Notes: generated by a model not told the origin, from the sequence alone. Counted from the first letter of the stretch, positions 45,274 through 52,963 are shown. The stretch is DNA of 52,963 nucleotides from an uncultured Oscillospiraceae bacterium (GCA_947631805.1 CANRNA010000262.1:1-52963); one strand, 5' to 3'. Numbers and translations are program-made.

Positions 45274-45532
45274 TGCTCTTGCCTCCCGCCCTGTTTTGTG
45301 CTATAATAGGAATGTCACTGATATGACCACGCCCCGGCTGGATGCCGGTGGCGGACAGGGCGCTCCCGTTGGCCTTAACGGGGGCGCTTTGTTTTTCGGC
45401 GTAATCCGGGCAGCTATATACAGCACAATCCCGCTCTCCGCCCGGGCAGGTTTGGCCGCAAATTGCAGGCATGAGCCTCATGGTGCATTTCCGGGCAGCC
45501 GCACAATAATGGCATAAGCACAGCACAGTCAT
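45260..45532 (-). CDS. hypothetical Cys-rich protein
   Basis: 90-aa ORF. Confidence 0.45.
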   Translation of the reverse strand: MTVLCLCHYCAAARKCTMRLMPAICGQTCPGGERDCAVYSCPDYAEKQSAPVKANGSALSATGIQPGRGHISDIPIIAQNRAGGKSNADG

Positions 45533-45541
45533 ACCGCCCTC

Positions 45542-45745
45542 CTATGCCAGATAGCTGGCGAGGCGCACCAGAGGCACCACCCACTTGCCCCGGATTTTTA
45601 TTTTTGGAAATTTATTATCCCGCTGCAAGGTTTTATAGCAACAGCCCAGCACGTCAGCAGCCTCCGCCAGCTCTATGGCCTCGCGGCCAGGGAAACGCTC
45701 GGAGAGCCGGTCCAGCTCATCCCTAAAGTGCTCTTTCTCCCTCAT
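45542..45745 (-). CDS. small HTH (excisionase/MerR-like) DNA-binding protein
   Basis: 67-aa ORF with IELAEAADVLGCCYKTLQRDNKFPKIKIRGKWVV. Confidence 0.55.
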   Translation of the reverse strand: MREKEHFRDELDRLSERFPGREAIELAEAADVLGCCYKTLQRDNKFPKIKIRGKWVVPLVRLASYLA

Positions 45746-46154
45746 CGTTTACCTCCTTTTTGTGATACCGTAACTGCTCTACTGCCTGCCTCACGCCGTC
45801 CAGCTTTGAGAGTACAAAAGAGTAGTGCGCAGCCTCTGTCATGTCGATTATCCCATCTGACGCCATGGCCAGCAGCTTGCTGGCTACGTGCTGTCGCTCC
45901 AGCTCTTCGAGGGCGTTGAGCAGGTTTACCACGGCCTGGGATAATGTCACCTCTTTGACAGACGGCATGAGCTCGTCCGCAATGTGGTATTTACCTTTTA
46001 GGTGCTCATAGACCAGGATTGGGCACTTCACCCGCTCCGCCAGCTCCAGCATGATGGCGTCAGGTGTGGGGTCTTCCCCGGATTCGTAGCGGCGTAGCGT
46101 TCGCACGTCCACGCCCAAAACCTCCGCCATAGCATCCTGGGTCAGGCCGGTCAT
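45723..46154 (-). CDS. XRE HTH protein with C-terminal helical domain
   Basis: ATG 46154 (MTGLTQDAMAEVLGVDVRTLRRYESGE). Confidence 0.65.
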   Translation of the reverse strand: MTGLTQDAMAEVLGVDVRTLRRYESGEDPTPDAIMLELAERVKCPILVYEHLKGKYHIADELMPSVKEVTLSQAVVNLLNALEELERQHVASKLLAMASDGIIDMTEAAHYSFVLSKLDGVRQAVEQLRYHKKEVNDEGERAL

Positions 46155-46167
46155 AATGCGCCCTTTT

Positions 46168-46437
46168 TTAATGGGCAATAGGGCTTCCTCCGCCCTGGTT
46201 TCCGGGTCTGGGCTGGTATATACTGCCTCCATAAGCATCCACCCCCTCTCCAGTGATGGCGTCCACCAGCGTTTCCAGGCTCACGTGATAAAGATCAGCC
46301 ATGGGCTTGAGCTTATCAATGGTGGGCCGGGCCTCTCCCCGCTCCCATGCGCCCAGGCTGGGCTGGGAGACACCCAGGCTGGCAGCAGCCTGCGCCTGGG
46401 ACATCATCAACGACATCCTCATATCTCTCAGCGTCAA
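46168..46437 (-). CDS. Cro-like XRE HTH regulator
   Basis: HTH MSQAQAAASLGVSQPSLGAWERGE. TTG 46437 lies 8 nt after GGAGG, and ATG 46422 is an alternative start. The upstream part of track ORF 46168..46551 looks non-coding. Confidence 0.6.
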   Translation of the reverse strand: MTLRDMRMSLMMSQAQAAASLGVSQPSLGAWERGEARPTIDKLKPMADLYHVSLETLVDAITGEGVDAYGGSIYQPRPGNQGGGSPIAH

Positions 46438-46609
46438 CGGTCTCACCTCCCTCTTCGCGTGATGTTTCCCGCCTGGCGGCCGGAACGGGCCCGGGTTGGG
46501 GTCCCGGGCCCGCCAGCCTGTCCAGCGGGTGAGAAAACAGCGGCGGCACACTGATAGGAGCCCCGCCGGGTGCTGAAACTAAAGCAAACCGGTGGTAAGT
46601 CCCCATAAT

Positions 46610-46764
46610 CGGGAAAAAGTCAATGACTTTTTCCCGCCCGTGTGTTATTACGCCCCTTACATACAAGTAATAACACACGGAAGTAACGATATCCGTTACA
46701 GGCAACCCCATAATATCACGGAATCCGATAAAGTCAACGCCTTTATTGCCTTTATGTAACGGAT
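46610..46764. promoter_or_regulatory. lysogeny switch: palindromes, operator half-sites and leftward promoter
   Basis: 13-bp IR CGGGAAAAAGTCA/TGACTTTTTCCCG (46610-46636). 13-bp IR CGTGTGTTATTAC/GTAATAACACACG (46639-46679). GTAACG-ATATC-CGTTAC (46683-46699). GTAACGGAT (46756-46764). Minus-strand promoter TTGACT-16 nt-TATTAT (46737-46710). Confidence 0.5.
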
Positions 46765-46837
46765 TTAGTTATTTTGCACAAATACGGCGTTATTAGCTGT
46801 ATAATGCAACCAACATACTAAAATATGGTGGGTTGCC

Positions 46838-47146
46838 ATGAACAGGCTGAAAGAATTGCGGGAGGACCGGGACATGAGCCAGGAGGAAGTTGGGAAAATC
46901 CTGGGTGTGTCCAAAATGACGATATCCCGGTATGAGCGAGACGGTGCCACCATTCCGCTTGATTCGCTCCGCCGGTTTTGCGAGCTCTATAATGTTACGT
47001 CTGACTATGCCCTGGGCTTTTCGCCGGTCCCGTTCCCCGCTGTGTCAGAGGCAGAGGCGGCGATCCTGGCCGCGTATCATGCAGCATCAGACGACTTGCG
47101 GGCTGTCGTTAATTTTGCGCTGAGCATAGGAGGTCGAAAAAAATGA
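46838..47146 (+). CDS. CI-like XRE HTH repressor
   Basis: 102-aa ORF with HTH MSQEEVGKILGVSKMTISRYERDG. It is divergent from the cro-like gene, and TATAAT lies at 46800-46805. Confidence 0.75.
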   Translation: MNRLKELREDRDMSQEEVGKILGVSKMTISRYERDGATIPLDSLRRFCELYNVTSDYALGFSPVPFPAVSEAEAAILAAYHAASDDLRAVVNFALSIGGRKK

Positions 47147-47664
47147 GAAAAGTACCCCCCCCCCGCCGGGCTACGCCGTGGTGGCTCGTCATCCTGGCTA
47201 TTTGCTTTTGGCCTGTTACTCTGATTTATTGGCTTTGCTCCCGGCGGCGTAATTCTGGGCAGCAGCGCGGGTCTCCTGGTCGGTCAGCGGGCCGCATTAT
47301 AGCCGCAGAGCCTGTCACCTACCCAGACACCATACCAGGGCACGCCCTAGCCTACGACTACGACGACGTGGAAATATATGCCCCCTGGGACTATCTCTCC
47401 AGGCTGGATTTGCGGGCGGTCTCCGCTTCCCCCGCGCTGGCATTGCGGCCTGAACCCGACAACGATTATGACCCCTACGCCGTCGCCTTGGACTGGGCAG
47501 GGAGACCATTTGGTTATCTGCACCGAAACCGCCTGCAAGATATGGCCAATAAATGGATGCAGCGAGGCTGGCCAGTTTATGCAAATTTTGAGCGCGGCGA
47601 AAAAGCTGGCGACGATTCAAATATTTATATTTCTATCGCATTTTACAAGCCAAATTCTCAATAA
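47143..47664 (+). CDS. membrane-anchored HIRAN-domain protein
   Basis: Start overlaps the repressor stop (ATGA). N-terminal TM segment WWLVILAICFWPVTLIYWL. HIRAN-like core LRPEPDNDYDPYAVALDWAGRPFGYLHRNRLQDMA. Confidence 0.6.
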   Translation: MRKVPPPRRATPWWLVILAICFWPVTLIYWLCSRRRNSGQQRGSPGRSAGRIIAAEPVTYPDTIPGHALAYDYDDVEIYAPWDYLSRLDLRAVSASPALALRPEPDNDYDPYAVALDWAGRPFGYLHRNRLQDMANKWMQRGWPVYANFERGEKAGDDSNIYISIAFYKPNSQ

Positions 47665-47693
47665 ATATTAAATATTTCAGGGGCAAATTCAAA

Positions 47694-47725
47694 AGCCCCG
47701 GCAAAAGCCGGGGCTATTATTTTTC
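47694..47725 (+). terminator. rho-independent terminator
   Basis: AGCCCCGGC-AAAA-GCCGGGGCT followed by ATTATTTTT. Confidence 0.65.
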
Positions 47726-47749
47726 TACTCTTTTTCAGGGGGTGATAAC

Positions 47750-48847
47750 GTGGGCAGGGCAAAAAAACGGCACGATGGCCGCTACGTCGAAACGGTGACC
47801 GCTATACTACCCGGTGGCCGGAAAAAGAGAAAATTTTTTTATGGGGACACCGCTGCGGAGGCGCGGCGGAAAATGTTGGAGTACACAGGGGAGCTCAAGC
47901 GCGGCCGCCTGTTTGCCGTTGTGGCTGATGAGTGGTGGGAAAAGCACCAAAAAGCCGTAAAATACAATACTGTAGAGAGCTACCGGGCTCCGCTCAGAGA
48001 TGTCAAGGCACATTTTGGCGACTGGGCTATAGATGCAATCTTGCCTGCAGATATACAGGGTTTTATTTATGACTATGGCCTTCATGGCGCTGGGCTCAAG
48101 CCGCGGGCCCGCCACACTGTGGAGCTCAGGGTCAACGTGCTCTCCCTGATATTTAAGTATGCCCTAACTACCAGAGACGTCATCGTTTCCCCTGTGCAAG
48201 AAATAGAAATACCAGCAGAGTGTACCAGGGCCGTCAGGCTCCCGCCAGATAAAAGCATCATGGCAGCCATAGAGCAAAACGCTGGCGATAATTTTACTCT
48301 CTATCCCGCTGTACTGCTATTTACGGGGATGCGCCGGTGTGAGGCACTTGGGCTTACTTGGGAGGATATTGACTGGGACGGCCGCCGGATTTATATGCGG
48401 CGGATGATAGAGTTTCACGGTAATGCGCCGGTGGTCCGTGAGTATTCGGCCAAATCCGCCGCCGGGGTGCGGTCTGTCCCGCTCATGCGAAAATTGCTCA
48501 AGATCATGGCCCCCCGCCGTGGGACTGGGCTAATATTCCCCGGCAAAAATGGGGTTATGACTAAGGGCGAGTACTGCGAGGCGTGGAGACGGCTAAATTT
48601 GGGCGTCACCGCCCACCAGCTCCGCCACGCCTATGCAGGGAAGATGCACGACGCCGGGCTGGACGTCCTATCCTCCAAAGTCATCCTGGGCGTCAGCAGC
48701 ACCAGCGTGGCACAAGATATTTACACCCACATTGACGAGAGCCGTGCCGGGGATGAGGCCCGCGGGAAGCTGGATGCTGCTGAGACCCCTAAAAAGACGC
48801 GAGTGCGCATTAGTGGACACTATCGCGGTAGGCGTGGGCCCTTATAA
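47750..48847 (+). CDS. int: tyrosine-type site-specific integrase
   Basis: 365-aa ORF with a GTG start after GGGGG. Catalytic-domain motifs are GMRRCEALGL, HQLRHAYAG and VAQDIYTHI. It is adjacent to the right att repeat. Confidence 0.9.
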   Translation: MGRAKKRHDGRYVETVTAILPGGRKKRKFFYGDTAAEARRKMLEYTGELKRGRLFAVVADEWWEKHQKAVKYNTVESYRAPLRDVKAHFGDWAIDAILPADIQGFIYDYGLHGAGLKPRARHTVELRVNVLSLIFKYALTTRDVIVSPVQEIEIPAECTRAVRLPPDKSIMAAIEQNAGDNFTLYPAVLLFTGMRRCEALGLTWEDIDWDGRRIYMRRMIEFHGNAPVVREYSAKSAAGVRSVPLMRKLLKIMAPRRGTGLIFPGKNGVMTKGEYCEAWRRLNLGVTAHQLRHAYAGKMHDAGLDVLSSKVILGVSSTSVAQDIYTHIDESRAGDEARGKLDAAETPKKTRVRISGHYRGRRGPL

Positions 48848-48889
48848 TCAAAAAATAGCGAAAATGATAATAACGGCCCGTGACCGGGT

Positions 48890-48908
48890 GTAGTCAAAAT
48901 GTGGTCAA
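48890..48908 (+). repeat. arm-type-like tandem motif GTAGTCAAAATGTGGTCAA
   Basis: Lies between int and the attR core. Same motif as 14264-14283 and 49123-49142. Confidence 0.5.
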
Positions 48909-48944
48909 ACACGGCTCAAACTGTTGGCATCAGCGGATTTTTAT

Positions 48945-49074
48945 ACGATTGGAAATCGTGTATACCCCAAAAGGGTATCGAGGGTTCGAATCCCTCCTTC
49001 TCCGCCACTCAAAGCCTTGCAGCCTAGAGTTGCAAGGCTTTGACATTTCTCCGACGGACCACATTTCGCCCTTC
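48945..49074 (+). repeat. attR core repeat (partial 3' tRNA-Ser copy plus downstream hairpin)
   Basis: 130 bp matching 14075-14205. It lacks the tRNA 5' half. Confidence 0.9.
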
Positions 49075-49122
49075 AACTAGGTGCTGAAAATGGCGCAACA
49101 CAGGCCGTTTTGGCCTATACAT

Positions 49123-49142
49123 GTGGTCAAAATGTAGTCAAG
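49123..49142 (+). repeat. third copy of the arm-type-like motif, outside the prophage
   Basis: GTGGTCAAAATGTAGTCAAG, 49 bp right of attR. The left copy lies 59 bp right of the attL core. Confidence 0.5.
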
Positions 49143-49218
49143 AGCCCTGCGGCATTTTGGCCGCAAGGCTTTTGAACTCATCTCTCTTATATCAGCTGCT
49201 ATTTCTGCATACCCGCGA

Positions 49219-49437
49219 TCACGCAAGCTGCGCAAGACTGCCCTCCGCGAAGGCGCTGCAAAAATCTGATATGGGTACCTGCTTAACATTGAGTGCCGCC
49301 ACCATTCGCTCCGCATCCTCCCGCGTCCGGAGAAACGGTGACACGGCGGCGCTGTGCCGCTCGCTCTGATCTACGGCAACGATGCCATACTTCTTATCAA
49401 AGCTGGGGCCGGTGACGGAGTAGCGGATCTCACTCAT
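49219..49437 (-). CDS. hypothetical protein (possibly a degraded mobile-element gene)
   Basis: 72-aa ORF whose start overlaps the upstream stop. It overlaps alternative ORF 49077..49316, and only one of the two can be real. Confidence 0.35.
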   Translation of the reverse strand: MSEIRYSVTGPSFDKKYGIVAVDQSERHSAAVSPFLRTREDAERMVAALNVKQVPISDFCSAFAEGSLAQLA

Positions 49438-49765
49438 ATATCTTTTGATTGTACCGCAGCTGCGTTGCCACCGCGTAAATGAACTCGTGGGGCGTGGGCT
49501 TTCCGTGCGCCCAGCTGTTGCAGTATTGCTCGATCACATCGCGCTCGCCATAGGACCACAGATCGTCGATAGCGCGGGACAAGGACTTTGACACCGCGCT
49601 CCAGCTCTTATCCACCCGGTGGCAGACCTCCGCGCAGACCAGCTTCATCTGCGGTCGCTCGGACAGATACATCAGTTCGATCTCAATCGCCAAGTTGAGA
49701 TCACGATAGCAGCCCAAAAACTGGCGGCCGCCAAAGGTTGAAACTACTTCTTCAATGTTGCTCAT
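49430..49765 (-). CDS. Spo0A C-terminal-domain-like DNA-binding protein
   Basis: 111-aa ORF. SAVSKSLSRAIDDLWSYG and GKPTPHEFIYAVATQL parallel the Spo0A effector-domain segments ERAIRHAIEVAW and KPTNSEFIAMVADKL (compared from memory). Confidence 0.55.
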   Translation of the reverse strand: MSNIEEVVSTFGGRQFLGCYRDLNLAIEIELMYLSERPQMKLVCAEVCHRVDKSWSAVSKSLSRAIDDLWSYGERDVIEQYCNSWAHGKPTPHEFIYAVATQLRYNQKIYE

Positions 49766-50088
49766 GGAACTTCCTCCTTAAAAAAATGTTAGATTAGTTC
49801 CTAGAGTACAAATAACTGCCGAATCATACAATATCTGTGACAAACATTGACATTATTTGACACAATTAGACGCCATTCCCGCACATTTCCCCGTCTTAAG
49901 GGGCTCCTGTACCATAAAAAATGGACACCGTTCCAGGAAACACAATGTCCGGAACAATGCAACACTCAGTTTATCTTGACTTTCGTACTGCCGCCTGTTA
50001 TAATCATAAATGTAAAAAGTGCTGCCGGTTCCGGTCAGCCTAACTCATAGTAGCGAAATGATCGCCGCTCGTGCTAGGAGCCCGGCGG

Positions 50089-50175
50089 TCATTTCTTTTT
50101 GCTCATCTGTACGAACAGACTGCAAATACCCACGATCAGAATGCCGATCTGGATAAGATCGGAATATGTAACCAT
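50089..50175 (-). CDS. 28-aa holin-like / type I toxin-like hydrophobic peptide (not in the ORF track)
   Basis: Hand translation gives MVTYSDLIQIGILIVGICSLFVQMSKKK. RBS GGGAGGG lies 6 nt upstream. It has one TM helix with a Lys tail. Confidence 0.5.
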   Translation of the reverse strand: MVTYSDLIQIGILIVGICSLFVQMSKKK

Positions 50176-50361
50176 AGGCAACCCTCCCTTCTGGAGGGCA
50201 AGGTCCCTCCGTCATTCCATGGAACAACGTCAGGCTGACCTTCGCCAGCAGCACCAATGACAGGATAGCATACTATTGCCAGAAATGCAACAATAGCCCT
50301 TCGTTTACGTCGGAATTTGTATTCCGTCTATGCAGAAGCGCTATGTTATTCCGCAGCCAAC

Positions 50362-50389
50362 AAAAAATGCCCCCGGCGGAGCCGGGGGC
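50362..50389 (-). terminator. rho-independent terminator of the surface-protein gene
   Basis: Minus strand GCCCCCGGC-TCC-GCCGGGGGC followed by ATTTTTT, about 35 nt after the stop at 50422. Confidence 0.7.
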
Positions 50390-50421
50390 AAAAGGTTTAT
50401 TGGGGTTTCAGGAAATCTAGC

Positions 50422-52963
50422 TTACAGATTGCCCCACTCGGTGGTGTAGGTGCACTCACCGAAGTGGCCGTTATGCTTGGTCTGGAACCAACCCCAGTTG
50501 GTCTGGCCCCCACGGGTCTCGCCGATGACGATCCAACCACTCTGAGCAGCACCAACAGTAGCACCGCCGGGGGTGAAGTAGAAGTACTTCGCGCCGACCT
50601 TCTGGAAGCCAGTGTACATCACACCGTCAGCACCCAGATAGTACCACAGGCCCTTCGCGGACATGACCCACTGGCTGGTGAGCATGGTGCCATTCTGATA
50701 GTAGTACCAGTTAGGACCACTGTGTACCCAGCCGGAACCGCCAGCAGGAGCGCCAGGGCCCTGAGGCTTGGTCTCAACAGTCAGAGCATTCAGAGCAGCC
50801 TGCAGAGCATCAGCAGCAGCCTTAACCTCGGACTTGAGAGCGCCCTTCTTGTTCAGGACTTCCTTAGCCTTAGCGGCGGCAGCCTCAACAGCGGCCTTGG
50901 ACTCCGCAGTGAAGTTATCCTTCGCCAGAGCAGCGGGGACAGAGTCAACCAAAGCCTTCAGAGCGGAGGTGTCAGGAGCCACAGCGGCAAGGTCCTTGAT
51001 AGCATCGCGGATAGCCTTCGCAGCGTCAGCAATAGCCTTTGCATCAGCCTTACTGTCGGTGACAGCAGACTTCTTGACCAGCTTGCCAGCAGCAACAGCG
51101 GCCTCAAGATCAGCCCAGCTAGCAGCAGTGTAGTCGTCCTCAACCAGAGCCGCAGCCTCAGCAATAGCGGCATCAAGGTCAGACTGATCAGCGGCAGAAG
51201 TCAGCAGAGCCAGAGCGGCAGTCAAATTCTTCAGAGCATCGTCTACCTTCTTCTGGTTCGCGGTAGTGTTGGGAGTAGTAGCAGAAGCGGCAACAATGGC
51301 GTTGGCAACCTTCAGGTTGTTGGCAACGATCTGGCGAGCATCAGCAGTGCTGTGCGCCTTAGGATCCGCAGAGACAAGGTTCTCATAGCCGTCGGCAGCG
51401 TCAACGGCCTCCAGCAGGCAATCGTAGCCAGCGGTGCCATAGGGGTGAGCCTTATCGACTTCGCTAGTGGCAACATCGATATAGGTCTCAATGGACTTGA
51501 CCTCGATAGTCACAGTCTGACGCTCTTTCCACTCAAGGACATTGGCAGGAGTCTTTTCCCTGACAGACAGCTTCACAGTGTAGGTACCGACCTGAACAGT
51601 AGATTCGGTCCAGGAAGTAGTCAGTGCGGTGGTACTGAGAGAAACTGTGTGCTTCGTACCGTCGGGACGGGTTACCTCGACCCGTGCAGCGGTGTAGCCA
51701 TCAGAGGGCAATTTGTTAAGAGTGACATAGAACTGACCCTCATCTACGATTGCCGGACCATTATAATTGGTATTGATGGTGACGGTGATAGTATCGATGA
51801 CCTTCCCATTATTGTCATCATACAGCGTAAACGTGATCTGATCCCCATTCTTGAACGCACTGCTCTGGTCAAGCAAAGTGGAAGACTGAACAGTAATCTC
51901 AGTGCCAGCCGTAGAATAATCAACAGACGATGCTACGATTTCAGCAGTCCCACCGTTCAGAGATGCCTTTACCTTATAAGCATGAGCTTCATCAGGCTTA
52001 CCACTCGCGGTAACCGTAACCGTCACAGACTTATAATCAGCAGCAATCTTATAAGAGGTAAACTTGAAGCTGTAGACATTTTCCTTAGCGGCAGCAGTGG
52101 CAGCCTTCAGGCGGTCAATCAAGCTATTAACCTGCGTAAGAGTAGCAGTGTTTGTGAGACCATTAGCCTGCAGGGGGTCATAGTAATTATCCTCTGCCTC
52201 AGCAATACGATCCTTAAGCTCCTGTTTGTACTCATTGACTGTCTTAGCAAGCGCGGCCTTAGCGGCGGCGACAGCAGCATCCAAACGGTCCTTATCGGCA
52301 GAAGTGGGCTTTTGGTTGGGCTGCAGAACATCACCCGGGGCAGGAGTAAGCCACTTAGCCTCGAGGGCATCATAAGCCTCGATAGCAGCAATGACACTCA
52401 CATACTTATAGCCGCCATTGTAAGCAGCGAGGAACTGATCTACCAGCGCGGCAACATCAGTCACATAACCAGGCTGATACTGTTTCTGATTTTCAGGAAG
52501 AGCAGCATCACCCTTCAGGCTGTTATACTTACCCTCAATAAAGGTCTTGAAGCTGGCGTCAGTAGCTACGTCCGCGATGCCATTGCGTGCATAAGTCAGA
52601 GCTTCAGCAACAGTAGCCGGATCAGTCTCACCATCCCAGTAGCCGCCATTGATGCTGGCCATCAAATCAGTTGCAGCCTTGAGAGCTTTAAGGAAGGAGT
52701 TGACCTGCGTATCAGGATCACCGTCACGCCACTTTGTGAGCGTATAGGCTCCACCAACATACTTGCCAGCCTTGACGTCAGCCTCAATAAGCTGATTCTT
52801 GGTGATGGCAGCCTGCAGGTCTGCAACCTTACCTTTGTCAGGTGCGGCCGCAATCTCGACGGGCTCGTCAGCCGCAACGGGCGCTACCTCGGCCTCGGGT
52901 TCCGTTGCGACAGCTTCGACTTCGTTCACTTCCGCGGCAGGCTCTTGCTCGTTGTCGTCAGCC
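50422..52963 (-). CDS. large surface protein with C-terminal cell-wall-binding repeats (5' end outside the window)
   Basis: The frame stays open to the window edge upstream of M at 52929. The N-terminal region is Ala/Lys/Asp-rich and helical. The centre is beta-rich. The C-terminus has GW/YY repeats (WVHSGPNWYYYQNG, GLWYYLGADGVMYTGF, AKYFYFTPGG). Confidence 0.8.
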   Translation of the reverse strand, partial: ADDNEQEPAAEVNEVEAVATEPEAEVAPVAADEPVEIAAAPDKGKVADLQAAITKNQLIEADVKAGKYVGGAYTLTKWRDGDPDTQVNSFLKALKAATDLMASINGGYWDGETDPATVAEALTYARNGIADVATDASFKTFIEGKYNSLKGDAALPENQKQYQPGYVTDVAALVDQFLAAYNGGYKYVSVIAAIEAYDALEAKWLTPAPGDVLQPNQKPTSADKDRLDAAVAAAKAALAKTVNEYKQELKDRIAEAEDNYYDPLQANGLTNTATLTQVNSLIDRLKAATAAAKENVYSFKFTSYKIAADYKSVTVTVTASGKPDEAHAYKVKASLNGGTAEIVASSVDYSTAGTEITVQSSTLLDQSSAFKNGDQITFTLYDDNNGKVIDTITVTINTNYNGPAIVDEGQFYVTLNKLPSDGYTAARVEVTRPDGTKHTVSLSTTALTTSWTESTVQVGTYTVKLSVREKTPANVLEWKERQTVTIEVKSIETYIDVATSEVDKAHPYGTAGYDCLLEAVDAADGYENLVSADPKAHSTADARQIVANNLKVANAIVAASATTPNTTANQKKVDDALKNLTAALALLTSAADQSDLDAAIAEAAALVEDDYTAASWADLEAAVAAGKLVKKSAVTDSKADAKAIADAAKAIRDAIKDLAAVAPDTSALKALVDSVPAALAKDNFTAESKAAVEAAAAKAKEVLNKKGALKSEVKAAADALQAALNALTVETKPQGPGAPAGGSGWVHSGPNWYYYQNGTMLTSQWVMSAKGLWYYLGADGVMYTGFQKVGAKYFYFTPGGATVGAAQSGWIVIGETRGGQTNWGWFQTKHNGHFGECTYTTEWGNL

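Larger units (their letters stand above)
14075..49074. mobile_element. integrated siphovirus-type prophage (~35 kb) in tRNA-Ser(GGA)
   Basis: Bounded by direct repeats 14075-14205 and 48945-49074. A tyrosine integrase sits next to the right repeat. The interior holds complete lysogeny, replication, packaging, head, tail and lysis modules. Confidence 0.9.

Noticed and set aside
46316-46711. 131-aa minus-strand ORF spanning the switch region, and the N-terminal 38 codons of track ORF 46168..46551.
   Set aside because: The ORF's start lies inside the predicted -10 box. Its translation runs through the palindromes and overlaps the cro-like gene in another frame. The HTH protein has a good GGAGG-TTG/ATG start further downstream.
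49077-49316. 79-aa minus-strand ORF overlapping 49219..49437 by ~100 nt.
   Set aside because: It has no RBS, is Arg/Cys-rich, and overlaps both the att-proximal motif and the neighbouring ORF. It may be a decayed gene fragment and is not called as a CDS.
50045-50257. 70-aa minus-strand ORF from the track.
   Set aside because: It has a TTG start without an RBS and an odd composition. The same DNA holds a much better supported 28-codon ORF, with a strong RBS, in another frame.

Overview
High-GC Clostridia-type chromosome segment in three parts. (1) 1-14.0 kb holds housekeeping genes: an ECF sigma factor with a long C-terminal extension, a tyrosine phosphatase, nth, rarA, a radical SAM protein, a membrane protein/HTH pair, a lipoprotein, a DUF218 protein, an acyltransferase, greA and a folC-fchA-folD folate cluster. 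(2) 14,075-49,074 is a ~35-kb siphovirus-type prophage inserted in tRNA-Ser(GGA). It is bounded by a 131/130-bp direct repeat that starts in the anticodon stem. Almost all its genes are on the minus strand: lysogeny switch, integrase, replication organizer with iterons, DnaB, ParA/ParB, methyltransferase, HUH Rep-like protein, HNH, portal, terminase, capsid, tail, two holins, endolysin, and two promoter-equipped cargo cassettes at the left end. The main finding is a diversity-generating retroelement (DGR). A 106-nt variable repeat (VR) at the 3' end of a 572-aa tail-fibre-like gene differs from a downstream template repeat (TR) at 10 sites, all of them TR adenines. A reverse transcriptase (RT) gene follows, but its frame is broken by a +1 shift. 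(3) 49.1-53 kb is a lower-GC islet. It carries another copy of the arm-type repeat motif, a Spo0A-C-like gene, a 28-codon holin-like toxin ORF absent from the ORF track, and a large cell-wall-binding-repeat surface protein that runs off the window. No CRISPR array or rRNA was seen. Many long ORFs in the track are GC-driven shadow frames and are not called.
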